Shown here piece after piece: positions 30,285-39,990 of a stretch of 64,000 bases of DNA. Each line of letters begins with the position of its first letter. The stretch's first letter is position 1. The stretch is from positions 2,895-66,894 of the forward strand of contig JAABTN010000013.1 of the NCBI GenBank assembly GCA_011389895.1, written 5' to 3'. Under the pieces are notes generated by a model. It saw nothing but the letters and a program-made list of their open reading frames with translations, was not told the DNA's origin and did not search any database. The position numbers were made by a program, and so were the translations under genes. Origin of the DNA: Maritimibacter sp. Its GTDB lineage: Bacteria > Pseudomonadota > Alphaproteobacteria > Rhodobacterales > Rhodobacteraceae.

Positions 30285-31109
30285 ATGACCCAACTCGCCG
30301 CGATCACCGAGGCCGCCCAGCCACGTGCGCGGGGCCATGCCCGGGTGTCGGCGAAGCGGCGCGGCGAGATGAGCGTGATCGACGGACTCGCGATGTCCGG
30401 GTCGATGAAGGTGCTGTTTCCGCGCGCCCCCCGTGGGCTGGACGCGATGTTGATCAACACGGCAGGTGGCGTGACCGGGGGTGACCGGTTCGAGATCGAA
30501 GCGGACGTGGGCGAGGGGGCGGACATGACCCTGACCACGCAGGCCGCAGAACGCGCCTACGCGGTGCGCGGTGTCGACCCCGGGTCGGTCGAGACACGGT
30601 TGCGCGTCGCAAAGGGCGCGCGTCTCAACTGGTTGCCGCAAGAGACGATCCTGTACGATCGCGCGCGCTTCACCCGACGTCTGCGCGTCGACCTGGCGGG
30701 TGATGCCCGGTTCTTCATGGTCGAGCCGCTCATCATGGGGCGGGTGGCCATGGGCGAAGTCCTGCGCGACCTGTGGTTTCGCGACCGGGTCGAGATCACG
30801 CGAGAGGGGTGCAAGCTCTATCTCGATGCCCTGCGCATGACCGGTGACGTTGAGGCCCAGATGGCGCGCGCGGCGACCATGGGCGGTGCCCGGGTGATGG
30901 CCGCGCTGGTTTATGCCGGGCCCGAGGCCGAGGGATTTCTCGACCGCCTGCGCGCCCTTCTTCCCGAAACCGCGGGGGCGAGCCTTCTGGCCCCTGACCT
31001 GCTTGTTTCCCGGATCGTGGCCCCGGATAGTCTCGCGCTGCGGCGCGTTCTGGTCCCCGCGATCCGTCTTCTGAACCACGACGAAATCCCAAGACCATGG
31101 ATGCTGTGA
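30285..31109 (+). CDS. ureD: Urease accessory protein UreD
   Basis: [30 protein letters not shown]. Confidence 0.95.
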   Translation: MTQLAAITEAAQPRARGHARVSAKRRGEMSVIDGLAMSGSMKVLFPRAPRGLDAMLINTAGGVTGGDRFEIEADVGEGADMTLTTQAAERAYAVRGVDPGSVETRLRVAKGARLNWLPQETILYDRARFTRRLRVDLAGDARFFMVEPLIMGRVAMGEVLRDLWFRDRVEITREGCKLYLDALRMTGDVEAQMARAATMGGARVMAALVYAGPEAEGFLDRLRALLPETAGASLLAPDLLVSRIVAPDSLALRRVLVPAIRLLNHDEIPRPWML

Positions 31110-31110
31110 C

Positions 31111-31413
31111 ATGAACCTTTCCCCAAGAGAAAAAGACAAGCTGATGGTGGCCATGGCCGCCGTGGTCGCGCGCAAGCGGCTGGAGCGTGGCGTGAAGCTG
31201 AACCACCCCGAGGCGATCGCGCTGATCACCGACGCGGTGGTCGAAGGCGCGCGCGACGGGCGGTCGGTCGCCGAGATGATGCAGGCGGGGGCCGAGGTCA
31301 TCACCCGGGAGCAATGCATGGAGGGCGTGCCCGAGATGATCCACGATGTTCAGGTCGAGGCGACCTTTCCCGACGGCACGAAGCTCGTCACCGTTCACAA
31401 CCCCATTCGTTGA
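31111..31413 (+). CDS. ureA: Urease gamma subunit
   Basis: [37 protein letters not shown]. Confidence 0.98.
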   Translation: MNLSPREKDKLMVAMAAVVARKRLERGVKLNHPEAIALITDAVVEGARDGRSVAEMMQAGAEVITREQCMEGVPEMIHDVQVEATFPDGTKLVTVHNPIR

Positions 31414-31424
31414 GGAGACACCAG

Positions 31425-31493
31425 ATGTGCCATGACATGACGAAGCGTTTCGGAGCAGACCCGGCCCCAATGATTGTGGGGGGCAAGCCATGA
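31425..31493 (+). other. 22-codon micro-ORF coupling ureA to ureB
   Basis: [31 protein letters not shown], stop overlaps the ureB start as ATGA. Confidence 0.4.
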
Positions 31494-31795
31494 TCCCCGG
31501 AGAAATCATCGCAGCCCCCGGTGAGATCGTTTTGAACGCGGGGGCCGGGGTGGTGACGCTGCTGATCGCCAACACCGGCGACAGGCCGGTTCAGGTGGGC
31601 AGCCATTACCATTTCTACGAAGCCAACCCGGCGCTTGAGTTCGACCGGGAAGCGGCGCGCGGCCTTCGGCTCGACATCGCGCCGGGCACCGCCGTGCGGT
31701 TCGAGCCGGGGCAAAGCCGTGAGGTGAACCTGATCCCCTACGGCGGCACGCGCAAGGTCTATGGCTTCAACCAGAAAATCATGGGCGGGCTATGA
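31490..31795 (+). CDS. ureB: Urease beta subunit
   Basis: [35 protein letters not shown]. Confidence 0.98.
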   Translation: MIPGEIIAAPGEIVLNAGAGVVTLLIANTGDRPVQVGSHYHFYEANPALEFDREAARGLRLDIAPGTAVRFEPGQSREVNLIPYGGTRKVYGFNQKIMGGL

Positions 31796-31895
31796 GCCGG
31801 GTCGAGGATTTTCAAGGCGCGGTGTTTGGAGATCGGCGCAATGCGGAAGGGGTTTTGGTGGTGTGATGGCTGACATCGGGAAAGCGACAGACAGA

Positions 31896-31977
31896 GGTTT
31901 GCGCCCGGCCCGAGGGAGGGCGCTTGCGCCCGCCCTGGGGGCGGGTCGGGCGCAAACCGGATCGCGAGCGATCCGGT
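31896..31977. repeat. REP-like palindrome (17-bp arms) followed by a second hairpin
   Basis: ggtttgcgcccggcccg (31896-31912) / cgggtcgggcgcaaacc (31942-31958), one G-U pair; accggatcgc-ga-gcgatccggt (31956-31977). Confidence 0.7.
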
Positions 31978-32011
31978 GCAAGCAAATCAATCGCGCGTTG
32001 TACAAGTTAAA

Positions 32012-32116
32012 TCACTTTATGCGAGGCCATCGGTCGGCAATCCAATTGAACAGTTTCACGAGGAGTACTTTGAATACTTCCAGTGACGCGCGCGCGAGGA
32101 AATCGATTGGGTCCAT
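32012..32116 (-). CDS. Putative 34-aa small amphipathic peptide, antisense to the urease operon
   Basis: MDPIDFLARASLEVFKVLLVKLFNWIADRWPRIK with upstream purine-rich AAAGAAGGG; located in an AT-rich insert; no family recognised. Confidence 0.3.
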   Translation of the reverse strand: MDPIDFLARASLEVFKVLLVKLFNWIADRWPRIK

Positions 32117-32385
32117 GTCGTGTCGCCCTTCTTTTAATTCAAGGATCAATGCGTGTTGGCGACTCCTTTTGGTAAGCACAATTCGTATGAAGGAAAGGTT
32201 AAAATGTTGCTTTGTCGAAAATAGGGAAACGGTTTTTGTTCTTGCGCCTACTGCTGATCTATCAGTTGTTCCGGCTTTTCGAGTTCTGTTCAAGTATCTG
32301 AAAAATATATGGGAAAATATTCTCTGTGCCTGTGTTGGATCATCGGCGTGATCCAACTGAAATGAAATGACCGGAGTAACTGCAC

Positions 32386-34107
32386 ATGCCCGCAACGATT
32401 AAACGATCCGATTATGCCGCGATGTTTGGCCCGACCACGGGCGACCGCGTGCGGCTGGCCGACACCGACCTGATCATCGAGGTCGAGGCCGATCTGACCG
32501 CCGAGACCCATGGCTACGGCGAACAGGTGAAATTCGGGGGCGGCAAGGTGATCCGCGACGGGATGGGCCAGAGCCAGGCGAGCCGGGCTGAAGGCGCGGT
32601 CGATTGCGTCATCACCAACGCGCTGATCGTCGATCATACCGGCATCTACAAGGCCGATGTCGGGATCAGGAGCGGGCGCATCCACGCCATCGGCAAGGCC
32701 GGTAACCCGGACACGCAGGACGGTGTGACCATCGTCATCGGGCCGGGGACCGAGGTGATCGCGGGCGAGGGGCGCATTCTCACCGCAGGTGGTTTCGATA
32801 GCCACATCCATTTCATTTGCCCGCAACAGATCGAAGATGCCTTGCACTCCGGCCTGACCACCATGCTGGGTGGTGGCACGGGGCCTGCGCAGGGGTCCAT
32901 GGCGACGACCTGCACCCCCGGTCCGTGGAACATCGGAAGGATGTTGCAGGCGGTCGACGGTCTGCCGATGAACATCGGGTTCGCCGGCAAGGGCAACGCG
33001 AGCCTCCCCGCAGCGCTGGAGGAACAGGTCATGGCCGGGGCTTGTAGTCTCAAGCTGCATGAAGACTGGGGCACCACGCCGGGGGCGATTGATTGCTGCC
33101 TGGGCGTGGCGGATGACCTGGACGTTCAGGTGATGATCCACACCGATACGCTCAATGAATCCGGGTTTGTCGAGCATACCATGGCCGCGATCAAGGGCCG
33201 GACCATCCACGCCTATCACACCGAGGGGGCCGGCGGGGGGCATGCGCCGGACATCATCCGGGTGTGCGGCGAGGAACACGTGATCCCGTCCTCGACCAAT
33301 CCGACGCGGCCCTTCACCGTGAACACGTTGGAAGAGCATCTGGATATGCTGATGGTCTGTCACCACCTCGACAAATCCATTCCCGAGGACGTGGCCTTTG
33401 CCGAAAGCCGTATCCGGCGCGAAACCATCGCGGCCGAGGATATCCTGCATGACATGGGGGCGTTCTCGATCATCGGATCGGACAGCCAAGCCATGGGGCG
33501 CGTGGGTGAGGTGATTATCCGCACATGGCAGACCGCCGACAAGATGCGAAAGCAGCGCGGGCGGCTGTCCGAGGAAACCGGCGACAACGACAATTTCCGG
33601 GTGCGCCGCTATATCGCGAAATACACCATCAACCCGGCCATCGCGCATGGCACAAGCCATGAAATCGGGTCGATCGAGGTGGGCAAACGCGCCGATCTCG
33701 TCCTGTGGGATACCGCGACATTCGGGGTAAAGCCCGAAACGGTGATGATCGGCGGCATGATCGTGCTCGCCCAGATGGGCGATCCGAACGCCTCGATCCC
33801 GACGCCGCAGCCGGTGTATTCGCGGCCCATGTTCGGGGCGATGGGGCGGGCGGTCGAGAACTGCGCCGTGTCTTTTGTCAGCGCCTGCGCGCATGACAAT
33901 TCCATCGCCAAGACGCTTGGCCTGATGAAGAACACCTTGGGGGTGCGTAACACGCGCGGGATCGGGAAGAAGGATCTCATGCTGAACGACGCGACCCCCA
34001 CGATCGAGGTCGATCCCGAAACCTACGACGTGCGCGCGGATGGCGAGCTTTTGACCTGTGAACCGGCAAGCGAGCTTCCCATGGCGCAACGGTATTTCCT
34101 GTTCTGA
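32386..34107 (+). CDS. ureC: Urease alpha subunit
   Basis: [58 protein letters not shown]. Confidence 0.99.
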   Translation: MPATIKRSDYAAMFGPTTGDRVRLADTDLIIEVEADLTAETHGYGEQVKFGGGKVIRDGMGQSQASRAEGAVDCVITNALIVDHTGIYKADVGIRSGRIHAIGKAGNPDTQDGVTIVIGPGTEVIAGEGRILTAGGFDSHIHFICPQQIEDALHSGLTTMLGGGTGPAQGSMATTCTPGPWNIGRMLQAVDGLPMNIGFAGKGNASLPAALEEQVMAGACSLKLHEDWGTTPGAIDCCLGVADDLDVQVMIHTDTLNESGFVEHTMAAIKGRTIHAYHTEGAGGGHAPDIIRVCGEEHVIPSSTNPTRPFTVNTLEEHLDMLMVCHHLDKSIPEDVAFAESRIRRETIAAEDILHDMGAFSIIGSDSQAMGRVGEVIIRTWQTADKMRKQRGRLSEETGDNDNFRVRRYIAKYTINPAIAHGTSHEIGSIEVGKRADLVLWDTATFGVKPETVMIGGMIVLAQMGDPNASIPTPQPVYSRPMFGAMGRAVENCAVSFVSACAHDNSIAKTLGLMKNTLGVRNTRGIGKKDLMLNDATPTIEVDPETYDVRADGELLTCEPASELPMAQRYFLF

Positions 34108-34116
34108 GGACGGATC

Positions 34117-34617
34117 ATGACACAAACCACCGCTCTGCCCACCGCCCAAACCACCGCGCACGAGCATCACCCGGATGCCACCGTGACGCTCACCTACGAC
34201 GACCGGTTCCTGCGGCGAAAGGTGTTGACCACGGACCGGGGCGAGCGGTTCTTGGTGGATCTTGCCCAGACCATGAGCGTGAACGCGGGCGATGCCTTTG
34301 TTCTGGATGACGGGCGGCGGGTCGGGGTGCGGCCCGCGCCCGAGTCCTTGATCGAGGTGACGGGCGACCACCTCGTGCGGCTGGCATGGCACATCGGCAA
34401 TCGCCACACGCCCTGCCAGATTGAGGACACCCGGCTGTTGATCCAGCACGATCACGTGATGGCCGACATGCTGTCGCGTCTCGGGGCCACGACCCGCGCG
34501 GTGACGGAACCCTTCACGCCCGAAGGCGGGGCCTATGGCCATGGCCGCACCCACGGGCATGACCACGGCCATGTGCACGAAAGCCTCCATGACGCGGAGC
34601 ATGACCATGCGCACTGA
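34117..34617 (+). CDS. ureE: Urease Ni chaperone UreE
   Basis: RLAWHIGNRHTP, PFTPEGGAYG, His-rich tail. Confidence 0.96.
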   Translation: MTQTTALPTAQTTAHEHHPDATVTLTYDDRFLRRKVLTTDRGERFLVDLAQTMSVNAGDAFVLDDGRRVGVRPAPESLIEVTGDHLVRLAWHIGNRHTPCQIEDTRLLIQHDHVMADMLSRLGATTRAVTEPFTPEGGAYGHGRTHGHDHGHVHESLHDAEHDHAH

Positions 34618-35245
34618 TGCCATTCTGACGCTGTCGCAATGGGTTTCACCGGCGTTTCCGGTGGGGGCGTTTACCTATTCCCACGGGCTCGAGGCGGCGT
34701 TCGAGGCCGGGTGGGTCACCGATGCCCGGAGCCTGAAGGAATGGCTTGTGGACCTGTTGACGCTCGGGTCGGTCAATGCGGATGCGCATTTCCTCGCCGC
34801 CGCCGCGTTGCACAAGGGCAAGCCGGGCGAGGTGGACGACATGGCGCGCGCCTTTGCCCCGTGCCATGAGCGGCTTGTGGAAGCCTGCGCACAGGGGCAG
34901 GCGTTTTGTGACACCGTCTCGGCGGTCTGGGCCAAGGATCTTGATGGGCTGACCTATCCGGTCGCGCTGGGCCATGCGGTGCGGGTGGAGGGATTGCCCG
35001 TGGGTCTTGCCCTGACGCTCTATCTTCAGGCCTTCGTGACCAATCTTGTCGCCAATGCGCAGCGGTTGGGCCCGATCGGGCAAACCGAGGCGCAAAGGGT
35101 GATCCGGGACATGACCCCGGTGATCGAGGAAACCGCGCGCGAAGCGGCGGATGGCGATCTGACCCATGTCGCCTCGACCGCGTTCCTGTCGGATATCGCC
35201 GCGATGAAACACGAAACGCAATACGCCCGGATTTTCCGGTCGTGA
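34607..35245 (+). CDS. ureF: Urease accessory protein UreF
   Basis: [29 protein letters not shown]. Confidence 0.96.
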   Translation: MRTDAILTLSQWVSPAFPVGAFTYSHGLEAAFEAGWVTDARSLKEWLVDLLTLGSVNADAHFLAAAALHKGKPGEVDDMARAFAPCHERLVEACAQGQAFCDTVSAVWAKDLDGLTYPVALGHAVRVEGLPVGLALTLYLQAFVTNLVANAQRLGPIGQTEAQRVIRDMTPVIEETAREAADGDLTHVASTAFLSDIAAMKHETQYARIFRS

Positions 35246-35258
35246 AGGAGAGGTGAAG

Positions 35259-35900
35259 ATGACCACGAATGGACCGTTGCGCATAGGGGTGGGTGGCCCG
35301 GTGGGGGCCGGCAAGACGACGCTGACCGCCGCGCTTGCCAAGGCGTTGAAGGATCGCTGTTCGATGGCCGTGATCACCAACGACATCTACACCCGTGAAG
35401 ATGCCGAGGCGCTGATGCGGATGCAGATCCTGCCAGCCGACCGGGTCAAGGGCGTCGAGACGGGCGGCTGCCCCCATACCGCGATCCGCGAGGATGCGAG
35501 CATCAATCTTGCCGCCGTGGCGGAATTGACCGGGGCGCACCCGGACCTCGACCTGATCCTGATCGAAAGCGGCGGTGACAATCTCTCGGCGACCTTCAGC
35601 CCGGAACTGGCCGATATCACGCTCTATGTCATCGACGTGGCGGCGGGCGAAGAAATCCCGCGCAAGGGCGGGCCCGCGATCACGCGCAGCGATCTTCTGA
35701 TCATCAACAAGCGTGACCTGGCCCCCTATGTTGGCGCGAGTCTTGAGGTCATGGCGCGCGATGCGGCACGGATGCGCGGCGATAAACCCTTTGTTTTCTC
35801 TGCGCTGCGGCATGGCGAAGGGGTGCAGGAGATCATTCAGCATATTGAAAACATTGGCGGATTGAAGCTCGCCCCCGCAAGGGATGCAAATGCTGCATAG
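35259..35900 (+). CDS. ureG: Urease GTPase UreG
   Basis: [38 protein letters not shown]. Confidence 0.98.
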   Translation: MTTNGPLRIGVGGPVGAGKTTLTAALAKALKDRCSMAVITNDIYTREDAEALMRMQILPADRVKGVETGGCPHTAIREDASINLAAVAELTGAHPDLDLILIESGGDNLSATFSPELADITLYVIDVAAGEEIPRKGGPAITRSDLLIINKRDLAPYVGASLEVMARDAARMRGDKPFVFSALRHGEGVQEIIQHIENIGGLKLAPARDANAA

Positions 35901-35996
35901 CCGCGCTGCAGCATTGTCTGTTCTCATCCGGGACAGCATGTCTTACCCATAGAGCCAAGGGGGGAAACGCAGACACAACTTTCTGAGGGTTTCCAA

Positions 35997-36218
35997 ATGG
36001 CTCATACCGCTACAAACACAGACTTCGCCGCGTCGCACCCGGTCTTTGCCCGTATGCTCGACGCGCTCAAGAATTTCGGCACCGCCTATATCGAGGCGCG
36101 CTCCCGGCAAGGTCAAATCGCCGCATATCAGGCGATGAGCGACGCCGAGTTGGCAGAACGCGGGATCGAACGCGACAACATCGTGCGACACGTTTTCGCG
36201 GACACCTACTACCTGTAA
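35997..36218 (+). CDS. Small DUF1127-like protein
   Basis: 73 aa with MSDAELAERGIERDNI resembling the DUF1127 LSDxxLxDxGxxRxDI motif. Confidence 0.65.
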   Translation: MAHTATNTDFAASHPVFARMLDALKNFGTAYIEARSRQGQIAAYQAMSDAELAERGIERDNIVRHVFADTYYL

Positions 36219-36240
36219 CGCTCCACGATCGACGCGTGTG

Positions 36241-36270
36241 AAAGGCCGGGCGCACTGCCCGGCTTTTTCG
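36241..36270 (+). terminator. Intrinsic terminator after the DUF1127-like gene
   Basis: gccgggc-gcact-gcccggc stem followed by a T-run. Confidence 0.8.
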
Positions 36271-36399
36271 TGTTCTTCGGGGTCCGTCTTTGCCCCTCTC
36301 CGCGCATTTCGAGACGCCGGGGCGCATGAAACGCTGCGTGTGATCCCGAGTTCAACGCGGCGGGAGCAAATAAAAACAATTATTATCAGCGCTTTGCAA

Positions 36400-36422
36400 C
36401 CCACCCTATCCTTTGGGGTGGG
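36400..36422. promoter_or_regulatory. Candidate operator upstream of the ABC-hydantoinase operon
   Basis: CCCACCC-N9-GGGTGGG inverted repeat next to an AT-rich promoter-like tract. Confidence 0.35.
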
Positions 36423-36530
36423 GCTACTTTCTGTCGACACCCCTCATGACCCCGGCACACTATCCGTTTCGGCCCTCGTCCGGATCGGTCTCGCGCGTAC
36501 CTTTCCTGCATCGCCACAGGAGAGGTAGAC

Positions 36531-37526
36531 ATGACACTTGAAACGCTGAAATCCGGGGTCCGCACCGCGACGCTTGGCCTGATGGGCGCAACGGCGCTTG
36601 GAAGCACCGCGATCGCGCAGGACTATGAAGTCGCTTATTTGTCGGCAAGCTCGGCCAACACCTGGCTGTCGCGCTCGTTCGAAGAGATGACGGTGGTCGC
36701 CGAAGCCAATGGCATCGAGATCACCGAATTCGATGGCCAATTCGACCCGGCCGCCCAGACCGCCCAGTTGCAGGATGTGATCGCTTCGGGCCGCTATGAC
36801 GGGATGATCGTCGTGGCCATCAACGGACCCGGCGTGGTGCCCGACATCGAAGCCGCCCTGAGCGAAGGGATCGAGGTTGTCGTTCTGAACCAGGTTCTGG
36901 GCACCGATCTGACCACCTCCGATCCGCAGGTCGAGGGCATCTCGGCCTCGGTCATGGTGGCACCCTACATGTCCGGCACGCGGCTGGGTGGTCTGGCCGT
37001 GGATGCCTGCGCGGGGATCGACCCCTGCGAGGTCGTCTATCTTTACGGGATTAAGGGCATTCCGCTCGACACCGCGATTCGCGAAGGGTTCGATGAGGCC
37101 ACCAAGGACAGCCCGAATATCACCGTGGTTGCCGAGGGCGAAGGCAAATACCTTGGTCCCGATGGCGGCATCGCGGCCACGCAGGACATCTTGCAGGTCA
37201 ATGACGGGTTTGATGTGATGGTCGGCCCGGATCAGGCGATCCAGGGGGCCGAGATTGTGCTTGATGAAGAGGGGCTGCTCGATGGAGTGAAGCTCATCGG
37301 GTTCGGCGGATCGTCCCCCGCCTTCGCGGGGATCAAATCGGGCGCGTGGTTCGGCACCGTCATGGGGGCCCCGGCGGACGAGGGGCGCCTCGCGATGGAG
37401 GCCATGGTCGATGCGTTGAAGAACGGCACCGACCGGGGCGGGATCGACCCGCTGACCACCATGCCGGCCAATGGCAAGGTGACGGCGGACAACATCGAGC
37501 AGTTCTCGGCCCAGTGGGACGGCTGA
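36531..37526 (+). CDS. CUT2 (RbsB-like) ABC substrate-binding protein
   Basis: Signal peptide, FDGQFDPAAQ..QLQD.IA, class I periplasmic binding protein pattern, GGAGAGG RBS. Confidence 0.88.
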   Translation: MTLETLKSGVRTATLGLMGATALGSTAIAQDYEVAYLSASSANTWLSRSFEEMTVVAEANGIEITEFDGQFDPAAQTAQLQDVIASGRYDGMIVVAINGPGVVPDIEAALSEGIEVVVLNQVLGTDLTTSDPQVEGISASVMVAPYMSGTRLGGLAVDACAGIDPCEVVYLYGIKGIPLDTAIREGFDEATKDSPNITVVAEGEGKYLGPDGGIAATQDILQVNDGFDVMVGPDQAIQGAEIVLDEEGLLDGVKLIGFGGSSPAFAGIKSGAWFGTVMGAPADEGRLAMEAMVDALKNGTDRGGIDPLTTMPANGKVTADNIEQFSAQWDG

Positions 37527-37529
37527 GGC

Positions 37530-39026
37530 TTGGCCTCTGACGCCGAAACCCTGCTGACCCTTTCGGGGGTTGGCAAATCCTTTGGCGGCACCGTCGCGCT
37601 GCAAGGGATCGACCTGGCCGTGCAAACCGGCCGGGTCCATGCCTTTGTCGGGGAAAATGGCGCAGGCAAATCCACCTTGGGCAAGCTCATCGTCGGGGTG
37701 CATGAACCCAGCGCCGGGGCCATAACGCTGGACAACACCCCGGTGCATTTCGCCAGCCCGGCGCAGGCGTTGGAGCGGGGATTGGTCGCGATTTCGCAGG
37801 AATTGTCCCTGATGCCGCAGCGAAGCGTGTTGGACAACATTGCGCTGGGGCGCGAGATGACGCGCGGACCATTTGTCGATGATCGGGCCACGCGCGCGCA
37901 TGTGCAGGCTCTGATGGATCGCCACGACATGCAGATTGCCCTCGATGCCCGTGTCGGCGATTTGTCGGTGGTCGAGCGTCAGAAGGTCGAGATTCTGCGT
38001 GCGCTCGGGCGCGATGCACGGCTGATCGTTTTCGATGAACCAACCGCGCGCCTGCCATCAGATCAGGTCGCGCCGCTTCTCGCCCTCGTGCGGTCGCTGG
38101 CGGCGGCGGGCAAGGCGGTGATCTACGTGTCGCATTTCCTTGATGAAATCTTGGAGGTGTCCGATACCGTCACGATTTTGCGCAACGGTGAGCATATCCG
38201 CACCGGGCCAACGGCGCGGGAAACCCGCGAAACGCTTGTCGAAGGGGTGACGGGCCGGGTTCTGGGCGATCAGTATCCGGACATTGCGCCGCCTGACCGG
38301 GCGGCGGCCCCGGTGTTGTCGGTCACCGGGCTGGCGCGCAGGGGCGTGTTCTCGGACGTCTCCTTCGATATCCGCCCCGGCGAGGTTCTGGGGCTTGCCG
38401 GGCTGGTGGGATCGGGGCGGAGCGAGATTGCCCGCGCCATCCTCGGGGCCGATCCGGCGGAGGGTGACATCCGTTTGAACGGAGCGCTCGCCGGGGCCAG
38501 CATTGCCGACCGGCTGGCGGGCGGAATTGCGATGATCCCCGAAAGCCGCCGCGACGACGGGCTGATGATGGGGCGCCCGATCTTTGAGAACGTGGCGCTG
38601 CCGCACCTGCGCCAACTGTCGGGGGCACTGGGTCTGAACCGGCGGCAAGAACGCGATGAGGTCACACGGGCCTGCGCCGCGACGGAAATGAAATATGCCG
38701 CGCTCGACGATCCTGCCGAGGCCTTGTCGGGCGGCAACCAGCAAAAGATCCTCTTTGCGCGCGCCGCCATGGGCGACCCCGTGCTTTTGATCGCCGATGA
38801 GCCGACACGCGGTGTCGACGTGGGTGCCAAACAATCCATCTATAACCAGATCGCCACGCTTGCCGCCAGCGGCAAGGCCGTATTGCTCATCTCGTCCGAG
38901 ATCGAGGAAATCATGGGCCTGTGCCACCGCGTGCTCGTCGTGTCACGCGGGCGAATCGTGGGCGAGCTTGCCGATACCGCCCTTACCGAAAATGCCCTGA
39001 TGACAGCGGCCTTCAGCGGAACCTGA
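37530..39026 (+). CDS. CUT2 ABC ATPase (RbsA-like, two domains)
   Basis: GENGAGKST, FDEPTA, GLAGLVGSGRSE, LSGGNQQK, DEPTRGVDVGAK; TTG start. Confidence 0.93.
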   Translation: MASDAETLLTLSGVGKSFGGTVALQGIDLAVQTGRVHAFVGENGAGKSTLGKLIVGVHEPSAGAITLDNTPVHFASPAQALERGLVAISQELSLMPQRSVLDNIALGREMTRGPFVDDRATRAHVQALMDRHDMQIALDARVGDLSVVERQKVEILRALGRDARLIVFDEPTARLPSDQVAPLLALVRSLAAAGKAVIYVSHFLDEILEVSDTVTILRNGEHIRTGPTARETRETLVEGVTGRVLGDQYPDIAPPDRAAAPVLSVTGLARRGVFSDVSFDIRPGEVLGLAGLVGSGRSEIARAILGADPAEGDIRLNGALAGASIADRLAGGIAMIPESRRDDGLMMGRPIFENVALPHLRQLSGALGLNRRQERDEVTRACAATEMKYAALDDPAEALSGGNQQKILFARAAMGDPVLLIADEPTRGVDVGAKQSIYNQIATLAASGKAVLLISSEIEEIMGLCHRVLVVSRGRIVGELADTALTENALMTAAFSGT

Positions 39027-39029
39027 TCC

Positions 39030-39968
39030 ATGCAGACAGCCATCACCTTCGCCCGGACTTACGGCATCCTTGTCGTCACCCTGCTTTTGTTCTGCCTTCT
39101 CACGCTCACCACAGATGGCTTTTTGTCCGAGCGGAACATGCGCAACATCCTTGATCAGCAATCGGGCGTGTTGATCGCGGCGAGCTTCATGACCATGGCG
39201 ATCATCGCGGGGAATTTCGACATCTCGGTCGGGGCCGTCTATGTCGCAACGCCGCTTGTCGCGCTGCTGGTCGAGAACGCCACCGGGTCGATCCCGCTGG
39301 CGCTCGTCGCCGGTTTGGCGGCGGGCGCGGTGATGGGGGGGATCAACGGGTTCGCGGTCACGCGGCTGAAGGTCAATTCCTTCATCGCCACGCTCGCAAC
39401 CTCGTTCATGTTCTTCGGGGCTGGGTATCTTGTCTCTGACCGGTCGATCATGCGACCCGAAGGCGAAGGCTGGCGCGCGCTGGCTCGGACCCGGGTTTTC
39501 GAGCTTACGACAGCGACATGGATCGCCCTCATCGTGGTGATCCTTGCCGGTATTCTGCTGACCCGGACCCGCTTTGGCCGCAACGTTTATGCCACCGGGG
39601 CGAACCGGGAAGCGGCGCGTTTGGCGGGCGTGAACGTGGACCGGGTGCAGATGATCACCTTTGTCCTGCTCGCCGGGTCGGCGGCGCTGGCGGGCATTCT
39701 CGGGTCGTCGCGGGCGATCTCGGCCCAGCCCTCGGATGATTTCAGCTTCATCTTCGCCGTGCTGACCGCTGTGATCGTGGGCGGCACCTCTATCGCGGGC
39801 GGCTCCGGCGCAATCTGGCGCACCGTCACCGCCGTCTTTTTTCTCGCCTTCCTTTCGAACGGCTTCAACCTCCACCAGATCGACCCGATCTGGCAGCGGC
39901 TGATCGAGGGGTTCGTCATTCTCGTCGCGGTCAGCATCGACGCGGCCAGCCAGCGTCGAAGCGGCTGA
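39030..39968 (+). CDS. CUT2 ABC permease (RbsC-like)
   Basis: GNFDISVG, SFIATLA, TRFGRNVYATGANREAARLAGV, VIVGGTSIAGGSG. Confidence 0.93.
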   Translation: MQTAITFARTYGILVVTLLLFCLLTLTTDGFLSERNMRNILDQQSGVLIAASFMTMAIIAGNFDISVGAVYVATPLVALLVENATGSIPLALVAGLAAGAVMGGINGFAVTRLKVNSFIATLATSFMFFGAGYLVSDRSIMRPEGEGWRALARTRVFELTTATWIALIVVILAGILLTRTRFGRNVYATGANREAARLAGVNVDRVQMITFVLLAGSAALAGILGSSRAISAQPSDDFSFIFAVLTAVIVGGTSIAGGSGAIWRTVTAVFFLAFLSNGFNLHQIDPIWQRLIEGFVILVAVSIDAASQRRSG

Positions 39969-39990
39969 ACAACCAAGCAAGGAGAACACC

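Noticed and set aside
31761-32351. 196-aa plus-strand ORF across the ureB-ureC gap
   Set aside because: It overlaps the ureB end, runs through palindromes, has no RBS or recognisable motif, and has mixed composition.
34520-34617. His-rich repeats at the end of ureE
   Set aside because: Expected Ni-binding tail of UreE.
35997-36300. DUF1127 gene as a CcaF1-CcsR (cuckoo sRNA) locus
   Set aside because: No CCTCCTCCC hairpin repeats follow; only a simple terminator.
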